A DNA stretch of 64,000 bases from an uncultured Acidobacteriota bacterium (GCA_963750915.1 CAVVSF010000007.1:1179984-1243983); one strand, 5' to 3'. Shown: positions 28,226 to 38,429, counted from the first letter of the stretch. Notes: generated from the letters alone by a model not told the origin. A program made the numbers and translations.

Positions 28226-28720
28226 CTACTTTGCGGCCAGCCGCGCCGCCGCCTGTTCGACTTTCTCGGCCAGCGTCGTCTTGTAGCGGTCCAGCCGGGC
28301 CGCGATTGCCGGATCCCCGAGGGCGAGGATCTGGGCCGCGAGGACGCCGGCATTGGTCGCGCCGGGTTTGCCGATCGACACCGTCGCCACCGGCACGCCG
28401 GGCGGCATCTGCACGGTCGACAGCAACGCGTCGAGTCCCTTCAGCGCCGAGGAATCGATCGGCACGCCAATGACCGGCGCGGTGGTGTGCGCGGCGACGA
28501 CGCCGGCGAGATGCGCCGCGGCGCCGGCGCCGACGATGTACACCTTCACGCCCCGGCCCGGCGCCTCACGCACGAGCCGCATCACCCGTTCCGGCGAACG
28601 ATGCGCCGAGGCGACGGTCATGTCGCAGGTGATCTCGAGATCGCGCAGCACGTCGACCGCCGCCTGCATCACCGGCGCGTCGGAATCAGACCCCATCAGA
28701 ATCAGTACTTGAACGGCCAT
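28226..28720 (-). CDS. purE: N5-CAIR mutase
   Basis: MGSDSD, SAHRSP, GAGAAAHL, QMPPGVPVATV. Confidence 0.97.
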   Translation of the reverse strand: MAVQVLILMGSDSDAPVMQAAVDVLRDLEITCDMTVASAHRSPERVMRLVREAPGRGVKVYIVGAGAAAHLAGVVAAHTTAPVIGVPIDSSALKGLDALLSTVQMPPGVPVATVSIGKPGATNAGVLAAQILALGDPAIAARLDRYKTTLAEKVEQAAARLAAK

Positions 28721-28763
28721 GTCCTGTGTCTCACCCGTTGTGAATCTCGTCAAACAGAAGCGG

Positions 28764-30068
28764 TCAGGAGGTAACGCGGGCGGCGGCGGCAAGCGCCTTG
28801 CGGCCGATATCGCGGCGGTACTGCATGCCGTCGAACGAAATTCGCCCGACGCCTTCGTAGGCGCGCGCGATCGCGACGTCGAACGAGGGGCCTCGGCCGA
28901 CCACTGTCAGGACCCGGCCGCCCGACGTCACGAGCCGACCGTCTCGGAAAGCGGTCGCGGCGTGCAGCACTTCGACGCCCGGCACGGCGCTCGCGTCGTC
29001 GACGCCGGCAATCGGCAGGCCGGTCGCGACCGACCCGGGGTAACCGGCCGAGGCCAGGACGACGCCGACGGTGACATCGCCGTCGAGCCCGTCGACGGCA
29101 TCGCCGACTGCGCCGAGATCGCCGCGGGCGGCGGCGATGAGCAGGTCGATCAACTGCGGGCCGAGGCGCGGCAGCACGACCTGCGCCTCAGGATCGCCGA
29201 AGCGTACGTTGAACTCGATCACCTTCGGTCCGTCGCAGGTCAGCATCAGGCCGACATAGAGGAACCCGCGATACTCGTGCCCCTCGGCGCGCATGCCGCG
29301 GACGACGGGCTCGACGATATCGCGCATGACCCTGATGCCGAGCTCGTCGTCTTCGAGCGGGCTCGGCGCGAACGCTCCCATGCCCCCGGTATTCGGGCCG
29401 CGGTCGTCGTCGAAGATCCGCTTGTGGTCCTGCGCCGTGCCGATGGCGACGCCTCGGCGCCCGTCGCACAGGACGAAGTACGACACTTCCGGTCCGCTCA
29501 GCGCCTCCTCGATGACGACGCAGGCGCCGGCGGCGCCGAACTGGCGATCCTCCATCGCGGCGCGAATGGCGGCGTCGGCCTCTTCACGAGTCGCCGCGAC
29601 GACGACGCCCTTGCCGGCGGCGAGGCCGTCGGCCTTGATGACGATCGGCAGGCCGAGGTCGCCGCGCGCGATCACGGCATGCGCGTCGGCCGCGGTGTGG
29701 CAGTTGCGATACCGCGCCGTGGCAACGCCGTGGCGGGTCATGAAATCCTTCGCGAACGACTTGCTGCACTCGAGCTGAGCGGCGGCGCTCGAGGGCCCGA
29801 GGATCGGCAGCCCCTCAGCCTGGAAGCGATCGACGATGCCGAGTGACAGCGGCAGCTCCGGCCCGACGACGGTGAGGTCGAATCGCTCGCGCCGGGCGAG
29901 CTCCAGGAGGCCGTCGACATCGCTCGCCTCGATCGGCACGAGGGTGGCGTCGCGGCCGATGCCGGCGTTGCCTGGCGCGCAAACGAGACTGATGCCGGGG
30001 GCGGTGCGGGCGAGGGCCCGGACGAGGGCGTGCTCACGGCCGCCGGAGCCGATAACGAGGAGCTTCAT
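28764..30068 (-). CDS. purD: GAR synthetase
   Basis: GSGGREHAL, KADGLAAGKGV, QDHKR, GPNTGGMG, EFNVRFGDPE. Confidence 0.98.
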   Translation of the reverse strand: MKLLVIGSGGREHALVRALARTAPGISLVCAPGNAGIGRDATLVPIEASDVDGLLELARRERFDLTVVGPELPLSLGIVDRFQAEGLPILGPSSAAAQLECSKSFAKDFMTRHGVATARYRNCHTAADAHAVIARGDLGLPIVIKADGLAAGKGVVVAATREEADAAIRAAMEDRQFGAAGACVVIEEALSGPEVSYFVLCDGRRGVAIGTAQDHKRIFDDDRGPNTGGMGAFAPSPLEDDELGIRVMRDIVEPVVRGMRAEGHEYRGFLYVGLMLTCDGPKVIEFNVRFGDPEAQVVLPRLGPQLIDLLIAAARGDLGAVGDAVDGLDGDVTVGVVLASAGYPGSVATGLPIAGVDDASAVPGVEVLHAATAFRDGRLVTSGGRVLTVVGRGPSFDVAIARAYEGVGRISFDGMQYRRDIGRKALAAAARVTS

Positions 30069-30369
30069 CGCGCGGTAAGAGTCCTAAAATGAGACACTTG
30101 CGGTCGAACTGATGAGTGGTAGATTTTTACCAACCCGGATGAGCTTTACTGCCTAAAATGACGGGCTCTTGTGATAGCCTAACGCATTCCGTCGAACTCT
30201 AAGGGCCTTACAGGGGGACACTAGGGCGCGAGACCTTGGGAGAGGCTGATCGCCGCCAGAGAGCCGGAGCAGGAACCGGCGCTCACGTGTCCGGGAATCG
30301 ACGCGCAAGCGTTGGTGCCGGCGCTCACATTGTGAGCCAGTGAGGATGGTGAAGGGGGTGTAATCAAGA

Positions 30370-30567
30370 TTGGCTGAAGTCAAGATTCAGGAAGGCGAGT
30401 CGATCGAAAGCGCGCTTCGTCGCTTCAAGCGGAAAGTGCAGCAGGAAGATATCATCAAGGATATCAAGAAGCATTCGTTCTATTTGAAGCCAGGCGACCG
30501 TCGCCGCGCAAAGCAGGCGCTGGCGCGCAAGCGAACTCGCAAGAAGCAGCGCCGCGAGTCGGACTAG
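30370..30567 (+). CDS. rpsU: 30S ribosomal protein S21 (TTG start)
   Basis: GESIESALRRFKRKV...FYLKP; GGGGGTG SD. Confidence 0.96.
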   Translation: MAEVKIQEGESIESALRRFKRKVQQEDIIKDIKKHSFYLKPGDRRRAKQALARKRTRKKQRRESD

Positions 30568-30719
30568 CCCGCATCGGCGGGCCCTGTCTATCGCGGCTGC
30601 TGGGCTGATCAAGCGGTCCACTCGGAGCCGGGCCAAGGGGCTCGAGCACGAGTGGGCCGTTCCGTCACGGTACCCTGTTCCGTGAGCGGAAGGGCTCGAG
30701 TTGGTGAGAGGTAGGACCG

Positions 30720-31025
30720 ATGGAGTTCCAGGACAAGTCGCTGACATGTGTGGACTGCGGGGCGGAGTTCACGTGGACGTCGGGTGAGCAACTGTTCTTC
30801 GCAGACAAGAATTTCAAGAACGAACCCAAACGGTGCAAGAGCTGTAAGGCCAAACGCGCGTCGCGTCCCGCGGCCGGCGTCTCGCAGCCAAGAGAACGCG
30901 TCGAAACCACCACCAACTGCTCGGCCTGCGGCAAGGAAACCACGGTCCCGTTTCGCCCCACGCAGGGACGCCCGGTCTTCTGCCGGGAATGCTTTCAGCA
31001 GCGGAAGTTCGCTGCCGGCGCCTGA
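30720..31025 (+). CDS. Zinc-ribbon protein with a CxxC-x17-CxxC domain
   Basis: DKSLTCVDCG.EF..T.GEQ.F...K.F.NEPKRC..C, then CSACG...VPFRP..GRPVFCREC. Confidence 0.9.
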   Translation: MEFQDKSLTCVDCGAEFTWTSGEQLFFADKNFKNEPKRCKSCKAKRASRPAAGVSQPRERVETTTNCSACGKETTVPFRPTQGRPVFCRECFQQRKFAAGA

Positions 31026-31057
31026 CGGTTTCTCCCGCAGGATCAAATAGAATGTGA

Positions 31058-31085
31058 GGCCACGCTTCGGCGTGGCCTTTTTTTT
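31058..31085 (+). terminator. Rho-independent terminator
   Basis: AGGCCACGC-TTCG-GCGTGGCCT followed by a T-run. Confidence 0.92.
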
Positions 31086-31177
31086 CACGCGCCCACTATG
31101 CTCGAGCTTGGGCGCACCGCGTCCGTGTCTGCCGCCGGATCCGTACTCCAGCCTCGAGCGTCGAAGATAGATTCCCC

Positions 31178-32272
31178 ATGGCATCGCAGAACCTGTCAGT
31201 TCCACGAGCCGGCGCCGCGCTGGCGCTGGCCGCGCTGTCGACCATCATCGCCTGCCGCGGCAACGCGCCGGGGCAGGCCCAGGCTCCGCCGCCGACCGCG
31301 GTCCAGACGCTCACGCTCAAGGCGGCACCGGTCGAAGACGCGTCCGAGTTCATCGCGACGGTTCGCTCGCTGAGGTCGACGACGGTTCAGCCGGACGTCG
31401 ACGGCATCGTGACGCGCATTCTTGTGGTCTCGGGGCAGCGGGTCAACGTCGGCACGCCGCTGGCGCAAATCAACCCGGAACGCCAGGAAGCGGCGGTGTC
31501 GAGCACCGAAGCCAACCGCAGCGGCCTCGAAGCGGACGTGCAGTACTGGCGGCTGCAGGTGAAGCGCCTCGCGTCGCTGCTCGAAACCGGCGCGGTCAGC
31601 AAGGCCGAGTACGACCAGGCGGCGTCGACGCTGCAGACGGCCGAGTCGCGGCTGACGGCGCTCAACGCTCAGGTGCGGCAGGGCCGCGTCGAGCTGCAGT
31701 TCTATCGCGTCACGGCGCCGCAGGCGGGCGTCGTCGGCGACATTCCAGTGCGCCAGGGCGACCGGGTCACGACCTCGACGATGCTCACGACGATCGACGA
31801 CACGCAGGCGCTCGAGGCCTACGTCCAGGTGCCGCTCGACCGCGCGCCGCAGCTGCGGACCGGGCTGTCGCTGCAGCTGCTCGACGCCGATCGCAAGGTG
31901 CTGGCGACCAATCCCATCACCTTCGTCTCGCCGCGGGTCGACGATCAGACGCAGACCGTGCTCGCAAAGAGCCTGCTCAAGGAGAAGCCGGAGGCGGTGC
32001 GGGTGCTGCAGTTCGTGCGCTCGCGGATCGTCTGGCGCAGCGTTCCCGGCCTGACGGTGCCGATCACGGCGGTCGTCCGCATCAGCGGCCAGTACTTCTG
32101 CTTCGTCGCCGAAGACGGGCAGGGCGGCACCGTTGCCAGGCAGAAGCCGATCGTGGTCGGGGAGGTTCTCGGCAACGACTACGTCGTCACCAAAGGCCTG
32201 AAAGAGGGTGAGCGCTTGATCGTGTCCGGCATCCAGAAGATCGGCGACGGCGCACCGGTGAAGGCCGAGTAG
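31178..32272 (+). CDS. RND efflux periplasmic adaptor (lipoprotein)
   Basis: Lipobox IIAC, lipoyl/hairpin motifs, V.AP..G.VG, GLKEGERLIVSG. Confidence 0.93.
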   Translation: MASQNLSVPRAGAALALAALSTIIACRGNAPGQAQAPPPTAVQTLTLKAAPVEDASEFIATVRSLRSTTVQPDVDGIVTRILVVSGQRVNVGTPLAQINPERQEAAVSSTEANRSGLEADVQYWRLQVKRLASLLETGAVSKAEYDQAASTLQTAESRLTALNAQVRQGRVELQFYRVTAPQAGVVGDIPVRQGDRVTTSTMLTTIDDTQALEAYVQVPLDRAPQLRTGLSLQLLDADRKVLATNPITFVSPRVDDQTQTVLAKSLLKEKPEAVRVLQFVRSRIVWRSVPGLTVPITAVVRISGQYFCFVAEDGQGGTVARQKPIVVGEVLGNDYVVTKGLKEGERLIVSGIQKIGDGAPVKAE

Positions 32273-32283
32273 GCGGGCATCGC

Positions 32284-35200
32284 ATGTTCGTCGACACGTT
32301 CATTCGTCGCCCGATCCTCGCGTCGGTCTGCTCGCTGGTCCTGATTCTTGCCGGCGCGGTCGCGATTCCGACCATGCCGGTGGCGCAGTACCCGAACCTG
32401 GCGTCGCCACAGGTCAGCGTCACCGCGATTTATACCGGCGCCAACGCGCAGGAAGTCGAGACCGCGGTCACGACGCCGCTCGAGCAGGCGATCAACGGCG
32501 TCGAGGGCATGCTCTACATGTCCTCGTCGAGCACCAACAGCGGCATCTCGACGATCACGATCACGTTCGACATCACCCGCAACCAGGACGTCGCCGCGGT
32601 CGACGTCCAGAACCGCGTCAATCAGACGCTCGGCCGCATGCCGGCCGAAGTCCGCACCACCGGCATCACGGTGCAGAAGCAGTCGACCGGCTTCATCATG
32701 GCGGTCGGTGTCTTCTCCGAGAAGGGCGAGTACGACGCGCTCTTCATGAGCAACTACCTCGACATCTACATCAAGGACGCTGTCAAGCGCGTGCCCGGTG
32801 TCGCCGATGTCGTCGTCTTCGGCGAACGCAAGTATTCGATGCGGTTGTGGCTCGATCCCGACCGGCTGGCGGCGCGCGGCCTGACCGCCGGCGACGTCAC
32901 CAGCGCGCTGCGCGAACAGAACGTCCAGGTCGCCGCCGGCAGCCTCGGTCAGGCGCCGGCGCCGGCCGGGCAGATGTTCACGATCAGCGTCCGTGCCGTC
33001 GGCCGCCTTACGGAACCGTCCGAGTTCAACAACATCATCCTCAAGAGCGGCAAAGACGGCTCGCTCGTGCGGCTGGCGGACGTCGGCCGGGCCGAGCTCG
33101 GGGCCGAGACCTACGCCGCCGACCTGCGCTTCCAGGGCGTCGAGGCGGTCGGATTCGGCGTGACCCAGCTGCCGACCGCGAACTCGCTCGAAGTCGAGCG
33201 CGCCGTCAGCACCGAGCTCGATCGCCTGGCGGAGTCGTTTCCGCCCGGCATGCGCTATCTGGTGTCGTTCAATACCACCGACGTCGTCGAAGCATCGATC
33301 AAGGAGGTCTTGCAGACGCTGGTCGAGGCCATCATCCTGGTCGTTCTCGTCATCTTCGTCTTCCTGCAGTCGTGGCGCAGCACGCTGATTCCGGCGATCA
33401 CGATTCCGGTGTCGCTGATCGGCGCCTTCGCGTTCGTGAAGGTGATGGGCTTCTCGATCAATACGCTGACGCTGTTCGGCATCATCCTCGCCACCGGCAT
33501 CGTCGTCGACGACGCGATTGTCGTGATCGAGAACATCGAGCGGCACATCCAGGAGTACAAGGTGTCGGCGCGCAAGGCGGCGTCGGACGCGATGAAGGAG
33601 GTGCTCGGCGCCGTCATCGCCACCGGCCTGGTCCTGATCGCCGTCTTCGTCCCGGTCGCGTTCTTCCCCGGCACCACGGGCCGTCTCTACGCGCAGTTCT
33701 CGATCACGATCGCGTTCGCGGTGGCGCTGTCGGTATTCAACGCCATCACGCTGACGCCGGCGCTGTCAGCGCTGCTGCTGAAGCCGCAGGCGCACCAGAA
33801 GGGACGATTCTTCGGCTTCTTCGAGCGGATCATCGACGCCGGGACGCGGGGATACGTTCGCGGCCTCGGCGCGGCGCTGCGCTGGCGCTGGGCGGTGGTG
33901 CTGGTGTTCGCGCTGTCGCTCGGGCTCACCTACTGGGTGTACCGGACGGTGCCGCAGGCGCTGATTCCGGAAGAGGATCCGGGCTACTTCATCATCCAGG
34001 TCCAGGGCCCGGCGGGTGCGTCGCTCGAGTACACGGGCAACATCGCGCGCCAGGCCGAGGCGATCATCCTCAAGGATCCGGACGTGCTGGCGCTGTTCTC
34101 GGTCATGGGCTTCAGCTTCAGCGGCGCGGCCCCGAACCAGGGGCTGATGTTCGCGCGTCTCAAGCCGTTCGACGACCGGCCTGGTGACGCGCACTCGGTG
34201 CAGGCCGTGCTGGGACGACTCAGCGGGCCGCTGTTCGCGCTTCCGGGCGCGATCGTCGTCGGCTTCGCGCCGCCGGCGATCCAGGGCCTGAGCCGGTTCG
34301 GCGGCTTCGAGTTCCAGGTTCTCGATCAGTCGGGCGGCGACATCAACCGGCTCGCCCAGGCGACGCAGGCGGTCGCCGGGGCTGGCAACGCCTCGCCGCT
34401 GCTGCGGCCACCGCTCTTCAGCACCTTCACCGCCAACGACCCGCAGCTGCAGGTGACGATCGACCGCCAGCGGGCGCTGGCGCTGGGCCTGCCGCTCAGC
34501 GAGATCACGAGCGCGCTCCAGATCTTCCTCGGCTCGCAGTACGTCAACGATTTCGAGTTCAACAACCGCGCCTATCGCGTCTACGTCCAGGCCGATCAGA
34601 GCTTCCGCACCAACCCGCAGGCGCTGCGCGAGCTCTACGGCCGGACGCAGGACGGCCGCATGGTCCCGCTCGAGCAGGTCGTGACGATGAAGGAGACGAC
34701 CGCGCCGCAGGTCATCAGCCACTTCAACCTGTTCCGATCGGCGAGCCTGAACGGTTCCGCGGCACAGGGCGTCAGCTCCGGCACCGCGCTAGCGGAAATG
34801 GAACGCATCGCCGGCGAGACGCTGCCAGCCGGCATGGGCTACGCCTGGTCCGGCATCTCGCTGGAAGAGACGAAGGCGGGACGGCAGGCCTACCTGATCT
34901 TCGGGCTGGCGCTGCTGCTCGTCTACCTGACGCTCGCGGCGCAGTACCAAAGCCTCGTCCTGCCGTTCATCGTGCTGCTGGGCGTACCGATCGCGGTACT
35001 GGGAGCGCTGCTGTCGCAGTGGGCGCGCGGCCACGCCAACGACATCTACTGCCAGGTCGGCCTGGTCATGCTGATCGGCCTGTCGGCCAAGAACGCGATC
35101 CTGATCGTCGAGTTCGCCGAACAGCTGCGCGATCGCGGCATGTCGGTGATCGAGGCGGCGATCGAGGCATCACGAATCCGGCTGCGGCCGATCCTGATGA

Positions 35201-35427
35201 CGTCCCTGGCCTTCATCCTCGGCGTGCTGCCGCTCGTCTTCGCCTCTGGCGCCGGCCAGGTCGCCCGAAGGTCGGTCGGAACCACCGTCGCCGGCGGCAT
35301 GTTCCTGTCGACATTCCTGAACCTGCTCTTCATCCCGATCCTCTACGTCGTCGTCCAGGGTCTGCGGGCACGGTTCGGCGCCGGCGGGGCCAGGCACGCG
35401 GAAGAGACCCGGGAACCGGCGCACTGA
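32284..35427 (+). CDS. RND efflux permease (HAE1/AcrB family)
   Basis: FI.RPI.A.V, GIVVDDAIVVIENIER, KNAILIVEFA, RLRPILMTS. Confidence 0.97.
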   Translation: MFVDTFIRRPILASVCSLVLILAGAVAIPTMPVAQYPNLASPQVSVTAIYTGANAQEVETAVTTPLEQAINGVEGMLYMSSSSTNSGISTITITFDITRNQDVAAVDVQNRVNQTLGRMPAEVRTTGITVQKQSTGFIMAVGVFSEKGEYDALFMSNYLDIYIKDAVKRVPGVADVVVFGERKYSMRLWLDPDRLAARGLTAGDVTSALREQNVQVAAGSLGQAPAPAGQMFTISVRAVGRLTEPSEFNNIILKSGKDGSLVRLADVGRAELGAETYAADLRFQGVEAVGFGVTQLPTANSLEVERAVSTELDRLAESFPPGMRYLVSFNTTDVVEASIKEVLQTLVEAIILVVLVIFVFLQSWRSTLIPAITIPVSLIGAFAFVKVMGFSINTLTLFGIILATGIVVDDAIVVIENIERHIQEYKVSARKAASDAMKEVLGAVIATGLVLIAVFVPVAFFPGTTGRLYAQFSITIAFAVALSVFNAITLTPALSALLLKPQAHQKGRFFGFFERIIDAGTRGYVRGLGAALRWRWAVVLVFALSLGLTYWVYRTVPQALIPEEDPGYFIIQVQGPAGASLEYTGNIARQAEAIILKDPDVLALFSVMGFSFSGAAPNQGLMFARLKPFDDRPGDAHSVQAVLGRLSGPLFALPGAIVVGFAPPAIQGLSRFGGFEFQVLDQSGGDINRLAQATQAVAGAGNASPLLRPPLFSTFTANDPQLQVTIDRQRALALGLPLSEITSALQIFLGSQYVNDFEFNNRAYRVYVQADQSFRTNPQALRELYGRTQDGRMVPLEQVVTMKETTAPQVISHFNLFRSASLNGSAAQGVSSGTALAEMERIAGETLPAGMGYAWSGISLEETKAGRQAYLIFGLALLLVYLTLAAQYQSLVLPFIVLLGVPIAVLGALLSQWARGHANDIYCQVGLVMLIGLSAKNAILIVEFAEQLRDRGMSVIEAAIEASRIRLRPILMTSLAFILGVLPLVFASGAGQVARRSVGTTVAGGMFLSTFLNLLFIPILYVVVQGLRARFGAGGARHAEETREPAH

Positions 35428-35444
35428 GCCCTTTGGGGGGCGGT

Positions 35445-35472
35445 GGAACCGGCCGGGGATTCGCGTGTCCAA
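35445..35472 (+). promoter_or_regulatory. ECF (sigmaE-type) promoter-like motif
   Basis: GGAACC-16nt-GTCCAA. Confidence 0.5.
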
Positions 35473-35509
35473 CCTGGCGGCGCCGGTGTGCGCTTTTGGT
35501 GCCGAATTC

Positions 35510-35539
35510 TTGACAGTATTTGAACCCACGTAGTACGCT
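35510..35539 (+). promoter_or_regulatory. sigma70 promoter-like motif
   Basis: TTGACA-18nt-TACGCT. Confidence 0.55.
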
Positions 35540-35621
35540 GGCCGGTCTTTTTCGGCTCGACGGTTCGACGCGGGGTGTTGCACGGCGGGCTGCGTATAAC
35601 GCGTTTGGAGGGGGGCGGGCG

Positions 35622-35963
35622 ATGCAGATCGAGGAACGAGTCGTCGACGGGGTGACGATTCTCGACCTGAAAGGGAAAATGACGCTCGGCGAGGGCGACG
35701 AGTTGCTCAAGGACAAGATCAACTCGCTGATCCAGCAGGATCGCAAGAAGCTCCTGCTCAACCTCGAAGGCGTGCCGTATATCGACAGCGCGGGCCTGGG
35801 TGAGATCGTGCGCACCTACACGACGGTGAGCCGTCAGGGCGGCAAGCTCAAGCTGCTGAACCTGACGAAGCGCATTCAGGACCTGCTTGCCATCACCAAG
35901 CTGCTGACCGTTTTCGAGACCTACGAGTCCGAGCCGGACGCGGTCAAGAGCTTCGCGTCCTAG
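35622..35963 (+). CDS. STAS anti-sigma factor antagonist (SpoIIAA/RsbV-like)
   Basis: LNLEGVPYIDSAGLG with the phospho-acceptor Ser; GGAGG SD. Confidence 0.93.
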   Translation: MQIEERVVDGVTILDLKGKMTLGEGDELLKDKINSLIQQDRKKLLLNLEGVPYIDSAGLGEIVRTYTTVSRQGGKLKLLNLTKRIQDLLAITKLLTVFETYESEPDAVKSFAS

Positions 35964-36084
35964 CCGAATTCGTCAGGCACGATCCCGGCTGACGCCGGGG
36001 TCGTGCCGGCGAACCCGCGCTGCCGACTCACCCGCGGGCGCCGGATGACGCCGCCGACGGTCAGTCGTACATTCCGCGCTCAGG

Positions 36085-37041
36085 ATGGCGCGCCACACAG
36101 CTCCCGACGTCATCGAGAGAGTCGAACCGCAGCCGGTGTCCTCCTCACGACCGCTGCTCGTCAGCCTAGCCCTGTCCCTGCGTCCCTCGCAGTGGACGAA
36201 AAACCTGTTCGTCTTCGCGGCGCTGATGTTCGGCCAGCGGCTGTTCGAGCCGACGGCGGTCGCGCAGGCGGTTGCCGCCTTCGTCATCTTCTGCGCGCTG
36301 TCGGGCGTCGTCTATCTGATCAACGACGTCGCGGATCGCGAAGCGGACCGCCGCCACCCGGTGAAGATGCATCGGCCGGTCGCCTCCGGCGCGGTGTCGG
36401 TTCCCCTCGCGATCGGAACGGCGGCGATCATCGCGGCGCTGGCGCTGCTGGCGGCGTTCTGGCTGCGGCCGCAGTTCGGGCTGGTGGCGGTGTCCTATCT
36501 GGCGCTGCTGACCCTGTATTCGTGGCTCCTGAAGCATGCCGTCATCATCGACGTGCTGACGATCGCGATTGGCTTCGTGCTTCGCGTTGCCGGGGGCGCG
36601 GTCGCGATCGGCGTCCACGCCAGCCACTGGATGTACATTCTGATGATGCTGCTGGCGCTGTTCCTGGCGCTGAGCAAGCGGCGGCACGAACTGGTGCTGC
36701 TTGCCGACGGCGCCACCGGGCACCGCAAGATCCTCGAGGAGTACAGCCCGTACCTGCTCGACCAGATGATCGGGGTGGTGACGGCGTCGACGATCGTCGC
36801 GTATGCGTTCTATTCCGTCAGCCCGGAAACGGTCGAGAAGTTCAAGACCGAACTGCTCGGCTTGACGCTGCCATTTCCGCTCTACGGCATCTTCCGGTAC
36901 CTTTACTTGGTGCACCAGAAGGAAGGGGGCGGCAGCCCGTCGGACATGCTGCTGACCGACCGTCCCTTGCTCGTCTGCGTGGGCCTCTGGGCGGCGACGG
37001 TCGCCTTCATCATTTATAGTCCCGCGCTGCGCGGGTCCTAG
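36085..37041 (+). CDS. UbiA-family decaprenyl-phosphate phosphoribosyltransferase-like protein
   Basis: RPSQWTKNLFVF, INDVAD, HPVK..RPVASG, SKRRHEL, multiple TMs. Confidence 0.88.
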   Translation: MARHTAPDVIERVEPQPVSSSRPLLVSLALSLRPSQWTKNLFVFAALMFGQRLFEPTAVAQAVAAFVIFCALSGVVYLINDVADREADRRHPVKMHRPVASGAVSVPLAIGTAAIIAALALLAAFWLRPQFGLVAVSYLALLTLYSWLLKHAVIIDVLTIAIGFVLRVAGGAVAIGVHASHWMYILMMLLALFLALSKRRHELVLLADGATGHRKILEEYSPYLLDQMIGVVTASTIVAYAFYSVSPETVEKFKTELLGLTLPFPLYGIFRYLYLVHQKEGGGSPSDMLLTDRPLLVCVGLWAATVAFIIYSPALRGS

Positions 37042-37091
37042 CTCGGCCGGCCGCAGATATCTGGCCGTAAGTAGTAGTCACAAAGCGTTTT

Positions 37092-38369
37092 ATGCCGAAG
37101 TCCAAAGTCGCGATCCTGCGCACCTCGCCGGCTACGGTCCTGCGGGACTATCACGACCTGATGAACCTTGCCGGCTATCAGGACGTCATCGCCCGGGACG
37201 CCGATACGGCGCTCAAGGTCAACATCTCCTGGCACTTCTTCTTCCCGGCCACCTCGACGACCCCATGGCAGCTCGAGGGCGTGATCCGGGCGATGAAGCA
37301 GGACGGCTACGACCCCTCGCTGATCCACGCGTGCCACAACCGCACCGTCGTGATCGACGCCCACCTCGGCGAGCGTGAGAACAAGCAGGTCAACGTCGTC
37401 GACGCCCACAAGCTGCGCAACATCCACATCTACGAGACCGAAGAGTGGATCAACATCCGTGACGCCGTCGGCGACCTGACGCAGAAGTTCACCTGCCTGA
37501 ACGAGGTCTACCCGAAGGGCTTCATGATCCCGAAGCGCTTCATCGGCGAGAACATCATTCACCTGCCGACCGTGAAGACGCACGTCTTCACGACCACGAC
37601 CGGGGCGATGAAGAACGCGTTCGGGGGCCTGCTCAACGAGCATCGGCACTGGACGCATCCGGTGATCCACGAGACGCTCGTCGATCTGCTGATGATCCAG
37701 AAGAAGATTCACCGCGGCGTGTTCGCGGTGATGGACGGGACCTTCGCCGGCGACGGGCCCGGGCCGCGGTGCATGACGCCGCACGTCAAGAACGTGATTC
37801 TGGCGAGCGCCGACCAGGTCGCGATCGACGCTGTCGCCGCCAAGCTGATGGGCATCGACCCGCTCTCGATCAAGTTCATCCGCATGGCGCACGAGATGGG
37901 CCTCGGCTGCGGCGATCCGCGCGACATCGAGATCGTCGGCGATCCGTCTGCGGCGGCGGAGAACTGGCACTTCAACGGGCCGTTCAAGAAGATGACCTTC
38001 GCCTCGCGGATGCAGCACAAGATCTACTGGGGACCGATGAAGAAGCCGGTCGAATGGTCGCTCAAGACGGTACTCGCGCCCTGGGCCTACATCGCCAGCG
38101 TCCTCTACCACGACAGCTTCTGGTATCCGGTCAACGCGAAGAAGGCGATGCAGGAGGTCCTCGAGAGCCCCTGGGGCCGCCTGTTCAGGAACTGGGAGAC
38201 CGTAGCACCGGACGCGGCCGGCCTCGGCTATCCGGACGTCGGCGGCAACACCGCCACGATTGAGAAGACCGGCGCCAAGGCACTCGTCGAGTCGTTCGGC
38301 ATCCTCGGCACGTGCATCAAGGAAGCGCCGGAGTTCGCCGGCCGCCGCCGGCACCATAAGAAAGTGTGA
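37092..38369 (+). CDS. DUF362 domain protein (putative Fe-S)
   Basis: LKVN, TTP, HLPTVKTH...TTGAMKNAFG, MDG..GDGP, SADQVAIDAVAA..MG. Confidence 0.85.
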   Translation: MPKSKVAILRTSPATVLRDYHDLMNLAGYQDVIARDADTALKVNISWHFFFPATSTTPWQLEGVIRAMKQDGYDPSLIHACHNRTVVIDAHLGERENKQVNVVDAHKLRNIHIYETEEWINIRDAVGDLTQKFTCLNEVYPKGFMIPKRFIGENIIHLPTVKTHVFTTTTGAMKNAFGGLLNEHRHWTHPVIHETLVDLLMIQKKIHRGVFAVMDGTFAGDGPGPRCMTPHVKNVILASADQVAIDAVAAKLMGIDPLSIKFIRMAHEMGLGCGDPRDIEIVGDPSAAAENWHFNGPFKKMTFASRMQHKIYWGPMKKPVEWSLKTVLAPWAYIASVLYHDSFWYPVNAKKAMQEVLESPWGRLFRNWETVAPDAAGLGYPDVGGNTATIEKTGAKALVESFGILGTCIKEAPEFAGRRRHHKKV

Positions 38370-38429
38370 AGTTCGAAGGTCGAAGTTCGAAGGCAAGTTC
38401 GAACTTCGAATCTCGAACTTCGAAGTTGA
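38362..38429. repeat. Period-7 AAGTTCG array folded back on itself
   Basis: AAGTGTG AAGTTCG AAGGTCG AAGTTCG..AAGTTCG AACTTCG AATCTCG AACTTCG AAGTTGA. Confidence 0.85.

Noticed and set aside
30180-30360. 6S RNA, SRP RNA or tmRNA
   Set aside because: No long rod with a central bubble, SRP loop or tRNA-like ends recognised; kept only as a candidate leader.
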